Counted from the stretch's first letter, positions 1-8,923 are shown. The stretch is 10,735 bases of DNA from Octopus sinensis (GCF_006345805.1 NW_021827221.1:1-10735); one strand, 5' to 3'. The notes: a model not told the origin generated them from the sequence alone. Program-made: numbers and translations.

Positions 1-1038
1 AATACATGAGCCATACCAGGATTGAGATACTCTGCTCCATTTCTGAAAGGTACAGAAGTCGAGCTACAGAACTTGTATAGAACTAGAAAGCTGTTCCCTA
101 TGCACAACTCTCACCACCCTAAAAGTAATACCGACAAGCTCTACCTACCAAGAAAGGTAGGTGGCAGAGGATTACTAAATGCAGAAAACACCATTAGTAC
201 TGCGATACTGGGTTTGAAAAAATATGCTGTGCAGAATAAAGAAAGAATATTGTATGCAGCCAGCGATACCCCCAAAATTGACTGGAAACAGGAAAAGAAT
301 TCGAAGAGGAAAAGAGTAACAATGGAACAAGCAAATGAAAAGAAATGGAATTACACAGCCAATTCAAACAACCGAGAATGTTGGAAATAAATAACGTTGG
401 CTCTGGCTGGCGGAACTGGAGAGCGAAACGCTAATTATAGCCGCTCAGGAACAAACCATTAGAACAAAGCCGATAAAGGCAAGGATGGACAAAACAGACG
501 AAAGTATCAATGACATTTTGAGTCACTGCAATGTACTAACGCAAAAGGAGTATAAATGTATACGACTGTGTAGGTAAAAGAGTGCATTTGTCGAATGTGT
601 GACTTCAAAATAATACAAAAGTGCTATGAACACAAAGTAGAGGCTGTGTTAGAAGATGAAAATTACAGGATCTTGTGATTCCATATAAAGACTGACTATA
701 CTATTGAAGAAAGATCAGATATGATTAAGGAGGACAAAATATGCAAACAGCGTAAGATCATAGATCTTGTAATTCTCTATGATAGCAGAGTCGCTATGAA
801 AGAAATTGAAAAAAACTGAGATCTGTCCAGAGAGCGGAAGAGACCGTAGAAAACTAAAACGATATTTATTTCTGTCAGAGCGCCAAAAATACTATTTAAA
901 AGACTGAAAGTAATTGGAATTGAAACTCGCATTGTCAGCCTGCAGAAAAGTACCATCCGGTATTCTGCAAGAATCTCAAGGAAGTTTCTTGAAATTTGAG
1001 GATATTTGTTGTCACCAAAGCTCAAAATAAAATCCTGC
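1..1038 (+). mobile_element. Decayed R4/Dong-clade (RLE-type) non-LTR retrotransposon, 3' part (element 1), running off the window's left edge
   Basis: Frame +1 ORF 22-390 has the post-RT motif HHPKSNTDKLYLPRKVGGRGL. Frame +2 from 398 reads WLWLAELESETLIIAAQEQTIRTK...DESINDILSHCNVLTQKEYK. Further shifted pieces read YDCVGKRVH, KCYEHKVEAVLEDENYRIL, RSDMI...KIIDLVILYD...KEIEK (RLE PD-(D/E)xK region, PD->SD at 715-720) and LQKSTIRYSARISRKFLEI* (stop 997-999). A ~40-bp 3'UTR then runs into a trinucleotide tail. Confidence 0.9.
22..999 (+). pseudogene. Frameshifted RT-thumb / zinc-knuckle / RLE endonuclease remnant of element 1
   Basis: Several frameshifts and stops (e.g. 388-390). The CxxC half of the CCHC knuckle is deleted between DKT and DESI (~496/497). 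Confidence 0.88.
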
Positions 1039-1075
1039 TAATGATGATGATGACGATGATGGTGATGATGATGAC

Positions 1076-1110
<35 letters not shown>

Positions 1111-1144
1111 CGATAATGAGGACGACGATATTAAAAATAATAAT
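1039..1144 (+). repeat. Compound (GAT/GAC/AAT)n microsatellite; 3' tail/target of element 1
   Basis: Starts TAA-TGA-TGA immediately after the 3'UTR and ends ATAATAAT next to the SINE 3' end. Confidence 0.95.
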
Positions 1145-1353
1145 CCTTTCTACGAAAGGCACAAAGCCTGAAATTTGTGAGGGAGGGGACTAGTCGATTA
1201 CATAGACCCCAGCGTTTCACTGGTACTTAGTTTATCGACCCCGAAAGAATTAAAGCCGACCACCGCGGAATTTGAACTCAGAACGTAAAGACGGACGAAA
1301 TACCGCTAAGCGTTTTGCCCGGCATGCTAACGGTTCTGTCAGTTCGCTGCCTT
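1145..1353 (-). mobile_element. tRNA-derived SINE (cephalopod-type), full length, antisense
   Basis: Minus strand reads AAGGCAGCGAACTGACAGAACCGTTAG. A-box-like TGACAGAACCG at 1341-1331 and B-box GTTCAAATTCC at 1277-1267. Head and core align with the + strand copy at 10432-10600. It ends in a CCTTTC/GAAAGG stem-loop (1145-1159) followed by ATTATT. Confidence 0.88.
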
Positions 1354-1470
1354 AATGATGATGATGATGATGATGATGATAACAACAACAACAACAATGA
1401 TGATGATGATGATGATGATGATAAGAATAACAACAACAACAACAACAACAGCAACAACAACAACAACAAC
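1354..1470 (+). repeat. Compound (GAT)n(AAC)n(GAT)n(AAC)n microsatellite
   Basis: Directly read; lies between the SINE 5' end and the truncated 5' end of element 2. Confidence 0.97.
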
Positions 1471-2908
1471 AGGGCTTACTAACAATTGTTAAACAATTCA
1501 GTGGTGACATCAGGTTGCAATTTGGCTTCGATAAATGTGCAAAAGCCACCTTTATCTAAAGAAAAATGACAGAAACACCCAACGTTAATCTTGACCAGCA
1601 GAATGTCATGGGAGTTAGAACCAGCGGAGAGCTACAAATACCTACGGGTATTTGAAGGTGAGGGAATCAAACATTCAATGATGAGGGAAAGGATCAGAAG
1701 AGAATGTCACCGCAGGATAAGGGCAATACTCAAGACAGAGCTGAATGCAAGAAACAGGATTGAAGCGATCAATACTTTGGCCATACCGGTCGTGACTTAC
1801 AGTTTCAATATCATTAACTGGTCAATTACTGAAATATGTTATCTTGACAGAAAAATACGAAATGGCAGATATAGAACGACTCTACCTGCCAAGAAAAGAG
1901 GGTGGCCGTGAACTTTTACAACTGGAACTAACAAGAAGATTGCCACAATTGGCCTAGACACTATCTGAAAAACTCTGATGACTGGATGTTAAAACTTGTT
2001 TCAAAGCATGAAAGCAAGAAAGCATCATACTCAGTAACAAAACAGGCAAAGGAATATCTAAGTGAGTTCTAAATACAACAAATTCCAGAATTAGAAACGA
2101 GCACAGAAAAAGTTAAGCGTATGAAAACCCATGCTAAAACTGCTGCCTTAGATATTCTTACTGATAAATGGCAAGAAAACCTCTCAATGGCAAATATCGA
2201 AAGGGAGCTAATAATTCCGATGTTGACAAAGCTCTTACCCATCAATGATTAGTGTCTTCTGGCTTAAAATCAGAAACAGAAGGTTTTATCATAGAAGCCC
2301 AAAGAACTACCAGGTCAACATATTAAAGAACGGTAGTAGCCCAACATGTCGTGTACGTAAACAACAAAATGAAACCATTGATCATGTTGTCTCTATGTGC
2401 AGTTATCTTGCGCCAACAGAGTATCTCAACAGGCATGATAGAGCAGCACAGTATATTCACTGGGTAATTTGCAAAAACTTGGACCTGCTCCATGATAAAA
2501 ACTGGTGGGAACACAAACCACCTCAAGTGCTTGAAAATGATCACATTTCACTCCTCTGGAACCTCACCGTTTAAATTGACTGAAAGATAGATGCGAATAC
2601 ACCAGACATTATATTGAAAGACTTCAGACAAAATTCATACTTCCTCATTGATATGACTGTCCCAGTTGACATAAATGTATCTGTCAAGACCTACTGAGCA
2701 AGTATAAAAAAATCTTGAAACAGAAATTGGCAAAATGTGGAACATCGAGACTAAAACAATACCTGTTGTTATAGATGCCCTAGGAACGATCGCAGGAGGG
2801 GCTGATTCCTACCTAGCTCATACACTAGGTAACTCCAAAATGGCAGAAATTCAAAAGATAGTGCTCATGGGAACTGCCCATATCCTACGTAAAATACTGT
2901 CTATGTAA
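1470..2908 (+). pseudogene. Disrupted RT C-terminus / CCHC / RLE coding remnant of element 2
   Basis: In-frame stops (e.g. 1557-1559), frameshifts and small deletions (after RKIR ~1860; after AQ ~2302). The catalytic RT DD motif is absent because the copy is truncated downstream of it. Confidence 0.9.
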
Positions 2909-3093
2909 TCCCAAATTTTAAAACAAACTTATAATTTTCTTGTTTTCTTAAACATTCTATAGAACAATACAGTGTGCAAAACCAAATATATGACACCCTA
3001 GGTATAATACCAACTTGAACTTCTAACTTGTTTCGAGGTCTCTGGGTAAGACTTGGAGTCAGCCTGTACAAATACAAAGCAAAAGTCAAACAT

Positions 3094-3094
<1 letters not shown>
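1470..3094 (+). mobile_element. 5'-truncated, decayed R4/Dong-clade RLE non-LTR retrotransposon (element 2) with ~185-bp 3'UTR
   Basis: Pieces in order: QGLLTIVKQFSGDIRLQFGFDKCAKATF (1470-1553, late RT); ESYKYL...RIRAILKTELNARNRIEAINTLAIPVVTYSFNIINWS (ORF 1591-1911); ADIERLYLPRKEGGRELLQLE; LKSETEGFIIEAQ; CRVRKQQNETIDHVVSMC...RHDRAAQYIHWVIC...WWEHKP (ORF 2245-2574); TPDIILKD...LIDMTVPVD (PD at 2602-2607); IQKIVLMGTAHILRKILSM* (stop 2906-2908). The 3'UTR 2909-3094 abuts a pure (TAA)n run. Confidence 0.93.
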
Positions 3095-3159
<65 letters not shown>

Positions 3160-3170
3160 TTAATGATAAT
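3095..3170 (+). repeat. (TAA)21 perfect run plus degenerate end; 3' tail/target site of element 2
   Basis: Perfect TAA from 3095 to 3157, then TATTAATGATAAT. Confidence 0.98.
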
Positions 3171-3328
3171 CTTTGCTGCCCAAGAGCAAGCACTAAGAAC
3201 AAACTACATAAAATACAGAATAGACAACGCAGTAGAAAGTGATAAGTACAGAATCTGTGGACAAAACGGTGATACCGTATGGCATATTACCAGCCAATGT
3301 ACGCCACTAGCTCAGAAGGAATATAAGA
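3167..3328 (+). mobile_element. Short internal fragment of a third R4/Dong-clade element (zinc-knuckle region)
   Basis: IFAAQEQALRTNYIKYRIDNAVESDKYRICGQNGDTVWHITSQCTPLAQKEYK; homologous to, but clearly different from, the same region of elements 1 and 2. Confidence 0.88.
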
Positions 3329-3786
3329 GTAACGAAGGCATACCCTGCTCGAGTGAAGGGTGTGTTGTATGATACTTGAGTAAGTACGAAATGCAATGTT
3401 GCTTGGAAGCAAAACACAGGCACTGAACTTCGAGAATGTGTTAAAGCAGTTGGTTGTTGGTGACCATGATCAATGCTGCAAAAATAAATAGATTGAAGAT
3501 GGAAGAGAGAAATCTGAACTGACCGGCATGTGATGCGTGACGGGGGTGGCAGTCAGTTGGGTAAGGAAGTACCAACTGATGCAAACCGAAGGAACCAGCC
3601 GGAGTTGAAGACCAAGGATGACATGAGAATAAACCACTAATACTGATCTGAAGAGGCTGAACCTTATGAAGGAGATGAGACAAAGGACTCCAAAAAATTT
3701 ACTGCGGTGCTGAGGTAGAAAAACCCGTCCAACCCACGCAAGCATGAAAAATATGACGGAATAAAGTGATGACAATGATGATGACG
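3329..3786 (+). mobile_element. 3' fragment of a decayed RTE-type LINE with short (GAT/GAC) tail
   Basis: Shifted frames give ARVKGVLYDT*V, AMLLGSKTQALN (3393-3428; cf. AMLHGSETW), HVMR (3527-3538), EGTSRS*RPRMT*E (from 3588; cf. EG..GRGRPRKTW) and TDLKRLNLMKEM. The terminal CCCGTCCAACCCACGCAAGCATG is followed by the tail TGATGACAATGATGATGACG (3767-3786). Clade assignment is from recalled motifs. Confidence 0.75.
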
Positions 3787-3865
3787 TATTTTTATTCAAA
3801 CTGACTACAGCTGCCAGAGAGGAAATCATCATATAGTATAGGGGAAAGAAATGTTTTTTTCGGCA

Positions 3866-3975
3866 CAAACACGCACACGCATACACACACGTACATTCAT
3901 GCACAGGCACGCACGCAGGCAAACACACACACGAACACACACACCACACACACAACAAAAAAAAAACAACAACTG
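3866..3975 (+). repeat. (CA)n/(GCAC)n microsatellite with A-run and AAC end
   Basis: Directly read. Confidence 0.95.
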
Positions 3976-4137
3976 CAACAACGACATAAGAATAAGAGCG
4001 TTCGGTAAAGTGTATAAAATAAAATGGCTAATGCATGTAACGATTGATTACAGTAACTGTCGGTTTCTAATTACGGTTCATCAGGCCATAGAAAAATAAG
4101 AGAAAAATGAGAGTTCTTGTCTAGTTCTAGAAGCACG

Positions 4138-4294
4138 TACGTGTGTGTGTATGTGTGTATATATGTGAGAGAATGTCTGTATGTGCGTGTGTGTGTGTGT
4201 GTGTGTGTCTGTATGTGTGTGAGAGAATGTCTGTATGTGTGTGTGTGTGGTGTGTGTGTGTGTGTGTGTGTGTGCGCGTGCGAGTGTGAGTGTA
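4138..4294 (+). repeat. Compound (GT)n microsatellite with an internal 22-bp duplication
   Basis: TGTGAGAGAATGTCTGTATGTG occurs at 4164-4185 and 4218-4239. Confidence 0.95.
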
Positions 4295-4671
4295 TAGCAG
4301 GTGGTTTGTGGATGTTAGCTGATCGGATTGGTTTGAAATATGGTGAGTCATTATCGGAATGGTGATATCTGAATATTCGTTGGGTGATTTGATTTGTTTA
4401 GAAAGTGATTGGTGAGTCATGAAGATCGAATAATGTCGGATATAATAAAACTGAAATTGAAAAGATAAAATAAAAAACAACAACGGGTCCGTTATCAGGA
4501 ATCGAACCAGGTATTTCGTGCTCACCAATCATTGCTAAAGTACACAACATTCATATAAATACCTACACATAATTTTTTAAAGATGGTGGAGTTGTAATTG
4601 TCGAAAGCATACACTTTAGACAAAAGAATCTGAACTTAGAAGTTTACCAATTGTCTATATCGGGCTGTCAG

Positions 4672-4724
<53 letters not shown>

Positions 4725-4766
4725 TTTCCCCTCTCTCTACCCCCCTTTCCTTCTTTTCCTTCTCTC
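4672..4766 (+). repeat. (CT)n / polypyrimidine tract
   Basis: Directly read. Confidence 0.95.
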
Positions 4767-4907
4767 TAACAGCAGTAGTATTTTAAAGATATCCAGCGCT
4801 ATCTTTCTCATTCTCTACGTCTCTCTGTATGAAATTGTAATGTTATGAAATGCTTTATTATAACGAGCGAAATGATGGTTAAGATAATGGCTATGTTAAT
4901 GTATTAC

Positions 4908-5052
4908 AGAAAAAGAGAGAAAGAGAACAGAGAGGCAGAGAGAGTCTGAAAGAGGGAGGCGTGAATGTGTGAGTGTTTTATATATATATTATATATATTA
5001 TAGTATATATATATTATATATATATATATATATGTATACATACATACATACA

Positions 5053-5122
<70 letters not shown>

Positions 5123-5134
5123 TATATTATATAT

Positions 5135-5166
<32 letters not shown>

Positions 5167-5168
5167 TG

Positions 5169-5218
<50 letters not shown>

Positions 5219-5222
5219 GGAG
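4908..5222 (+). repeat. Compound GA-rich / (TA)n / (TACA)n / (TA)n / (GA)n microsatellite
   Basis: Directly read. Confidence 0.95.
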
Positions 5223-5399
5223 GTGATAGAAGGAAGTTTGTTCTTTCGTCACTGATGTTTCCCACGTGCTTCGACAGTGACCAGATTAAACGGAGGCTGT
5301 TAAAGGTAAACTGGAACGCTACTTGACTGGTTGTGCCGTTCCCCATTTTCGGATAAACAGTTTATATTCGGAGACTGCCAGTAAAGCTTATAATGTTAC

Positions 5400-5415
5400 A
5401 TACAACAACAATAGC

Positions 5416-5446
<31 letters not shown>

Positions 5447-5494
5447 ACAGTAAAAGCAACAACAACAACAACGACAACTACAATAACAACAACA
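5400..5494 (+). repeat. (CAA)n/(CAG)n trinucleotide repeat
   Basis: Directly read. Confidence 0.95.
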
Positions 5495-5579
5495 CTTACC
5501 GGATGTTTTTTTCACTTTGAGTGCTGCCAATTTCCTTATTTTTTATTCTTTGAAATATTTTTTGAGTAATTTTATTCGC

Positions 5580-5692
5580 GTGTTTGTGTGTGTATGGTGT
5601 GTGAATGTTCGATATATATATATATATTATATATATATATATATATATATGATGTGTGTGTGTTGTGTGTGGTGTGTGTGTGTGTGTGTGTA
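5580..5692 (+). repeat. (TG)/(TA)/(TG) compound microsatellite
   Basis: Directly read. Confidence 0.92.
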
Positions 5693-5854
5693 TTTTAGTT
5701 TTTATCTTTTACTTGTTTCAGTCAATGGTTTTAGTCGAACTAATCTATCCCAGGACATTTTTTTAAAAGCCTGGTACTTATTCAATCGGTCTCTTTTTGC
5801 TGAACCGCTTAGTTATTGAGGTGTATACTCACCATATATGAAGTGGTGGGACAA

Positions 5855-5977
5855 ACACATACAGAAACATACATAAATAGGTACATACATACATATATAT
5901 ACGCACACACACATACATATATATATACACACATACACACATACATATATATACATACACACACACATAAATATAAA
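5855..5977 (+). repeat. (CA)/(TA)/(TACA) microsatellite, probably the 3' tail of the adjacent antisense SINE
   Basis: Directly read; abuts the SINE 3' end at ~5978. Confidence 0.9.
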
Positions 5978-6189
5978 CTACAGGTTTCTTTTAGTTTCCT
6001 TCCAGCAAATCCACTTACAAGGTTTATAATTTTACAACGGGTTCAACACAGTTTCCGTCTACCGAATTCACTCACAAAGCATTGGTCACTTTGGGGCTAT
6101 AGGAGAAAACACTTGCCTAAGGTGCTGTGCAATGGGATGGAACCCGAAGCCACTTGGTTGCAAAGTGAGCTTTTTTAACTACACAGCCA
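5978..6189 (-). mobile_element. tRNA-derived SINE with CORE-like central motif and duplicated 3' segment
   Basis: Minus strand starts TGGCTGTGTAG (A-box-like, 6189-6179). B-box-like GGTTCCATCCC at 6144-6134 is followed by GCACCTTAGGCAAGTG, resembling the CORE motif CCTTGGGCAAG. The 3' segment is repeated with a 57-bp period (GTTTCC at 5994 and 6051). Confidence 0.8.
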
Positions 6190-7750
6190 AAGTCTTGTTT
6201 GACTGCTTTTTGGCCTCAATTCTTTGACACATAGTAACCGCTCTTTTGAAGGACATACTGAAAAAAGGGTGGGGAGAAATAAAATACGTAGACATAGAAA
6301 ATGGAAATAAATTGCTTTTGAAGGGTGTATATGAATAAAAATATGAATGAATAGTATACGAGGACAAGGCTAGAAAATCATATCTAAAATGTATGATACG
6401 TGCAAGGGAAATAGTTTAAATGTTTAAAGAAAAACAAGTTTTAGAGAAGGATTTTTCTTAAAACGGAAGTAGGAATGTAAAAGATGGAGGCGAAATCCTG
6501 TTGTTGCCAATAATTGCTTAAGTGCTAGACTTTAAAAATTTATAGTTGATAATAACGAGTTGGGACTGTGTTTACGCGATGACAAAGCTCAGAACTTACA
6601 TCTAAACATTCAGAATTCTTTAATAAATTAAACAGTTTGCCAATGTGACACAACTGACAACTTGGTTGTAACCCAAAATTTCTATGTTGGTAGGATAGTA
6701 CAAAATGATTTTGAATGTATTTGCGTTTGTCGCTCTCGAAAACCTATTATGCTCATCACAGGATTCTCGTAGATAAATAAAGATTCAGTGACATAATTTA
6801 TAACTGCCTTTAATTGCCTGAGTAACACAAGGTCCTAGATATTTATCCACAATAAAGTAGCTAGAAACAGTATGAAGGAATCCAAGTGAGAATGCAACCA
6901 TAGGTAAAACAATTGTTTCCTCAGCAATACATGCCTGGGAAGGAAATGAATTTATCATATATATTAGACAGGACTAAATGAATGTCAGCTTCATTGTCAA
7001 AATATATTTGGTTGTTGGAAGTGTAAGGAATTGGAAACCCGTCACTCAAATGGATAAAACTGTCAAAGACTATATAAATATGACGAGTAGTACTACAGCA
7101 AATGTAACTTGTGTGCCTTTGGAAAGTTGAAATGTTCTAGATAAAACTCTCTCTTCTTGTTTACATATTGCGAATTTTCTTGTTTATTCATTAAGTTGCA
7201 AGATTTTTAAAGCATATTCCTGTTCCAAATTCAATGTGTCTAGACATCGGTGACCCCTGAATAACATCCGGGCTTCCTAACGTATACATCTCATTATGGC
7301 CTAGTATTTACTGCATATCTCCTCCACTCCCTTATGCTCTGCTGTAGCTCGTCGCAAACCTTTCCCTTTCTCTCATTTTCTTTTCTTTTTTTCCTCTTCT
7401 TTTTCTTCCCTTTCTTTTCTTCCCATGTCCTTAGCTTTTCTTTCCTCCTCCAACCACCGTCACTGGTCCTCTCGTACCATATCAATTTTTACTGTGCAGA
7501 GGTTGCCCGAGAAGTGTAGTGTTATTCCATTTCGGTAGGAATGGCTCTGACTGAATGAATACCAATTGTGTAGTAATGGTTATAATAAGCTATTACAATA
7601 AGCCGACACCTTAACATTCACAAAGAACAACCCTTCATTAGTTGTCGGCTGTCTATATACTCCTTATTTTGAGCACTGAACGACAATATGAGTCTTCGAA
7701 GACATTTGCTCCCATAAGTACCAAAATATAATTTTGGATTTATGGAGGGT

Positions 7751-7814
7751 CAAAAACAAAACGGCAGACACATACAGGGAAACAAAAACAGGACGGCAGA
7801 TACATACAGGGAAA
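7751..7814 (+). repeat. Two-copy 32-bp tandem duplication
   Basis: CAAAAACAAAACGGCAGACACATACAGGGAAA vs CAAAAACAGGACGGCAGATACATACAGGGAAA (29/32 identical). Confidence 0.95.
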
Positions 7815-8024
7815 CCGAACGAAAATAAACATAGAGTGTCGTTAGAACAAAATGAGTGTAAAATAGCGAACGCTGGAGAAATATTTTCTTTGAAATGAGA
7901 AAAGATAGAAGAGAGAGGTAGAATATGTCCAGTCCTGAAGGAAAAGAAAGATGATTACGTGAGAAAAAGAATGATGGGCCATGGTCACGTGTGAACAACG
8001 ACAGAGAGAAAAAGAGAAAGAGTG

Positions 8025-8026
<2 letters not shown>

Positions 8027-8092
<66 letters not shown>
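8027..8092 (+). repeat. (GA)33 microsatellite
   Basis: Directly read. Confidence 0.98.
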
Positions 8093-8095
<3 letters not shown>

Positions 8096-8195
8096 CGGTG
8101 AAGGGGAGAAAACAGTATAGAGTTGCATCAAAAAGATTGAGATAAATTTACTTAGAAATGGATGCGTGGCGTTCAGTCAAATAATAGTATAAACA

Positions 8196-8345
8196 ATACA
8201 TATATGTATATATATATATATATACACTTGCATATACATATAGCGGCGTAATTACACTATACTTATATATATGTATGTATGTATGTATATATATATGTAT
8301 ACTTATATATATATGTATGTATGTATGTATGTATATATTTGTATA
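8196..8345 (+). repeat. (TA)n/(TATG)n low-complexity repeat
   Basis: Directly read. Confidence 0.9.
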
Positions 8346-8730
8346 TATTTTGTATTTTCTTGTACATGTATCTTTAATTTTGTATTTTTTCTTGTATTTT
8401 ATTGTGCAGTTCTCTGTTACGTCCCTTTTTGTGTTACATTTTTTCTTGCTTGTTTTACCCCTCTGCGAGGTTATTTTATTTTAATTCTCTCGTAGGAAGG
8501 CCTAGCATGGCCAGACGTGTCCTGTCTAGCCTTCGAAACACGCTATGTCTGCTAGTGACAGCTGATGAAGCGGATTTTTCCTGTACCTCGTTTTTCTGTT
8601 GTACATAATGTTTTTCCCGTTTTCGTCCTGTTCCACGTCTCTGTCCTTCTGTTGTAACAAAATGGCTTTTCCGTTTTCGCTTCTGTTGAGTTTTACGTCT
8701 TTTTGTGGTGTCCTGTACTTATATATATTT

Positions 8731-8810
8731 ATATATGCATGTATATATACACGTAGATGTCGGTACGTACATATATGTTTGTATGTATGCATATATTTTA
8801 TTTATTACAC

Positions 8811-8842
<32 letters not shown>

Positions 8843-8892
8843 TGTACGTACCTACATCTATATGTATATATACAAACATATATATATGTATA

Positions 8893-8923
<31 letters not shown>

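Noticed and set aside
1-3328. An active or intact retrotransposon, or a domesticated RT gene
   Set aside because: All three remnants have stops, frameshifts and deletions, and no RT catalytic DD motif is present in the window.
4470-4545. tRNA gene on the minus strand
   Set aside because: Only the B-box is good. The A-box candidate (TAGCAATGATTGG) is about 29 nt from it, too close, and no cloverleaf forms.
5248-5281. GTCACTG/CAGTGAC hairpin enclosing an E-box CACGTG
   Set aside because: A 7-bp stem and a single 6-mer are within chance expectation for 10 kb.
5494-5530. Minus-strand splice donor CCG|GTAAGT at 5500/5499, suggesting a micro-exon
   Set aside because: The upstream acceptor context is A-rich and the peptide is unrecognisable; it needs RNA-seq support.
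6590-6690. Possible minus-strand exon (…SCQLCHIGKLFNLLKNSECLD|GTAAGT)
   Set aside because: A short open stretch with a donor-like site is expected by chance in AT-rich DNA; weak acceptor and no recognisable homology.
7601-7650. AGCCGACA/TGTCGGCT inverted repeat as a pre-miRNA
   Set aside because: Only an 8-bp stem around a 34-nt largely unpaired loop.
8490-8560. HDV-like ribozyme, because GGCCTAGCATGG resembles the HDV 5' end
   Set aside because: The P1.1 CC/GG pairing, the J4/2 catalytic C and the P2 closure could not be assigned.
8471-8608. Plus-strand exon after the pyrimidine-rich ...CTCTCGTAG acceptor at 8495
   Set aside because: No convincing donor or recognisable peptide, and the region looks like part of a T-rich interspersed repeat.
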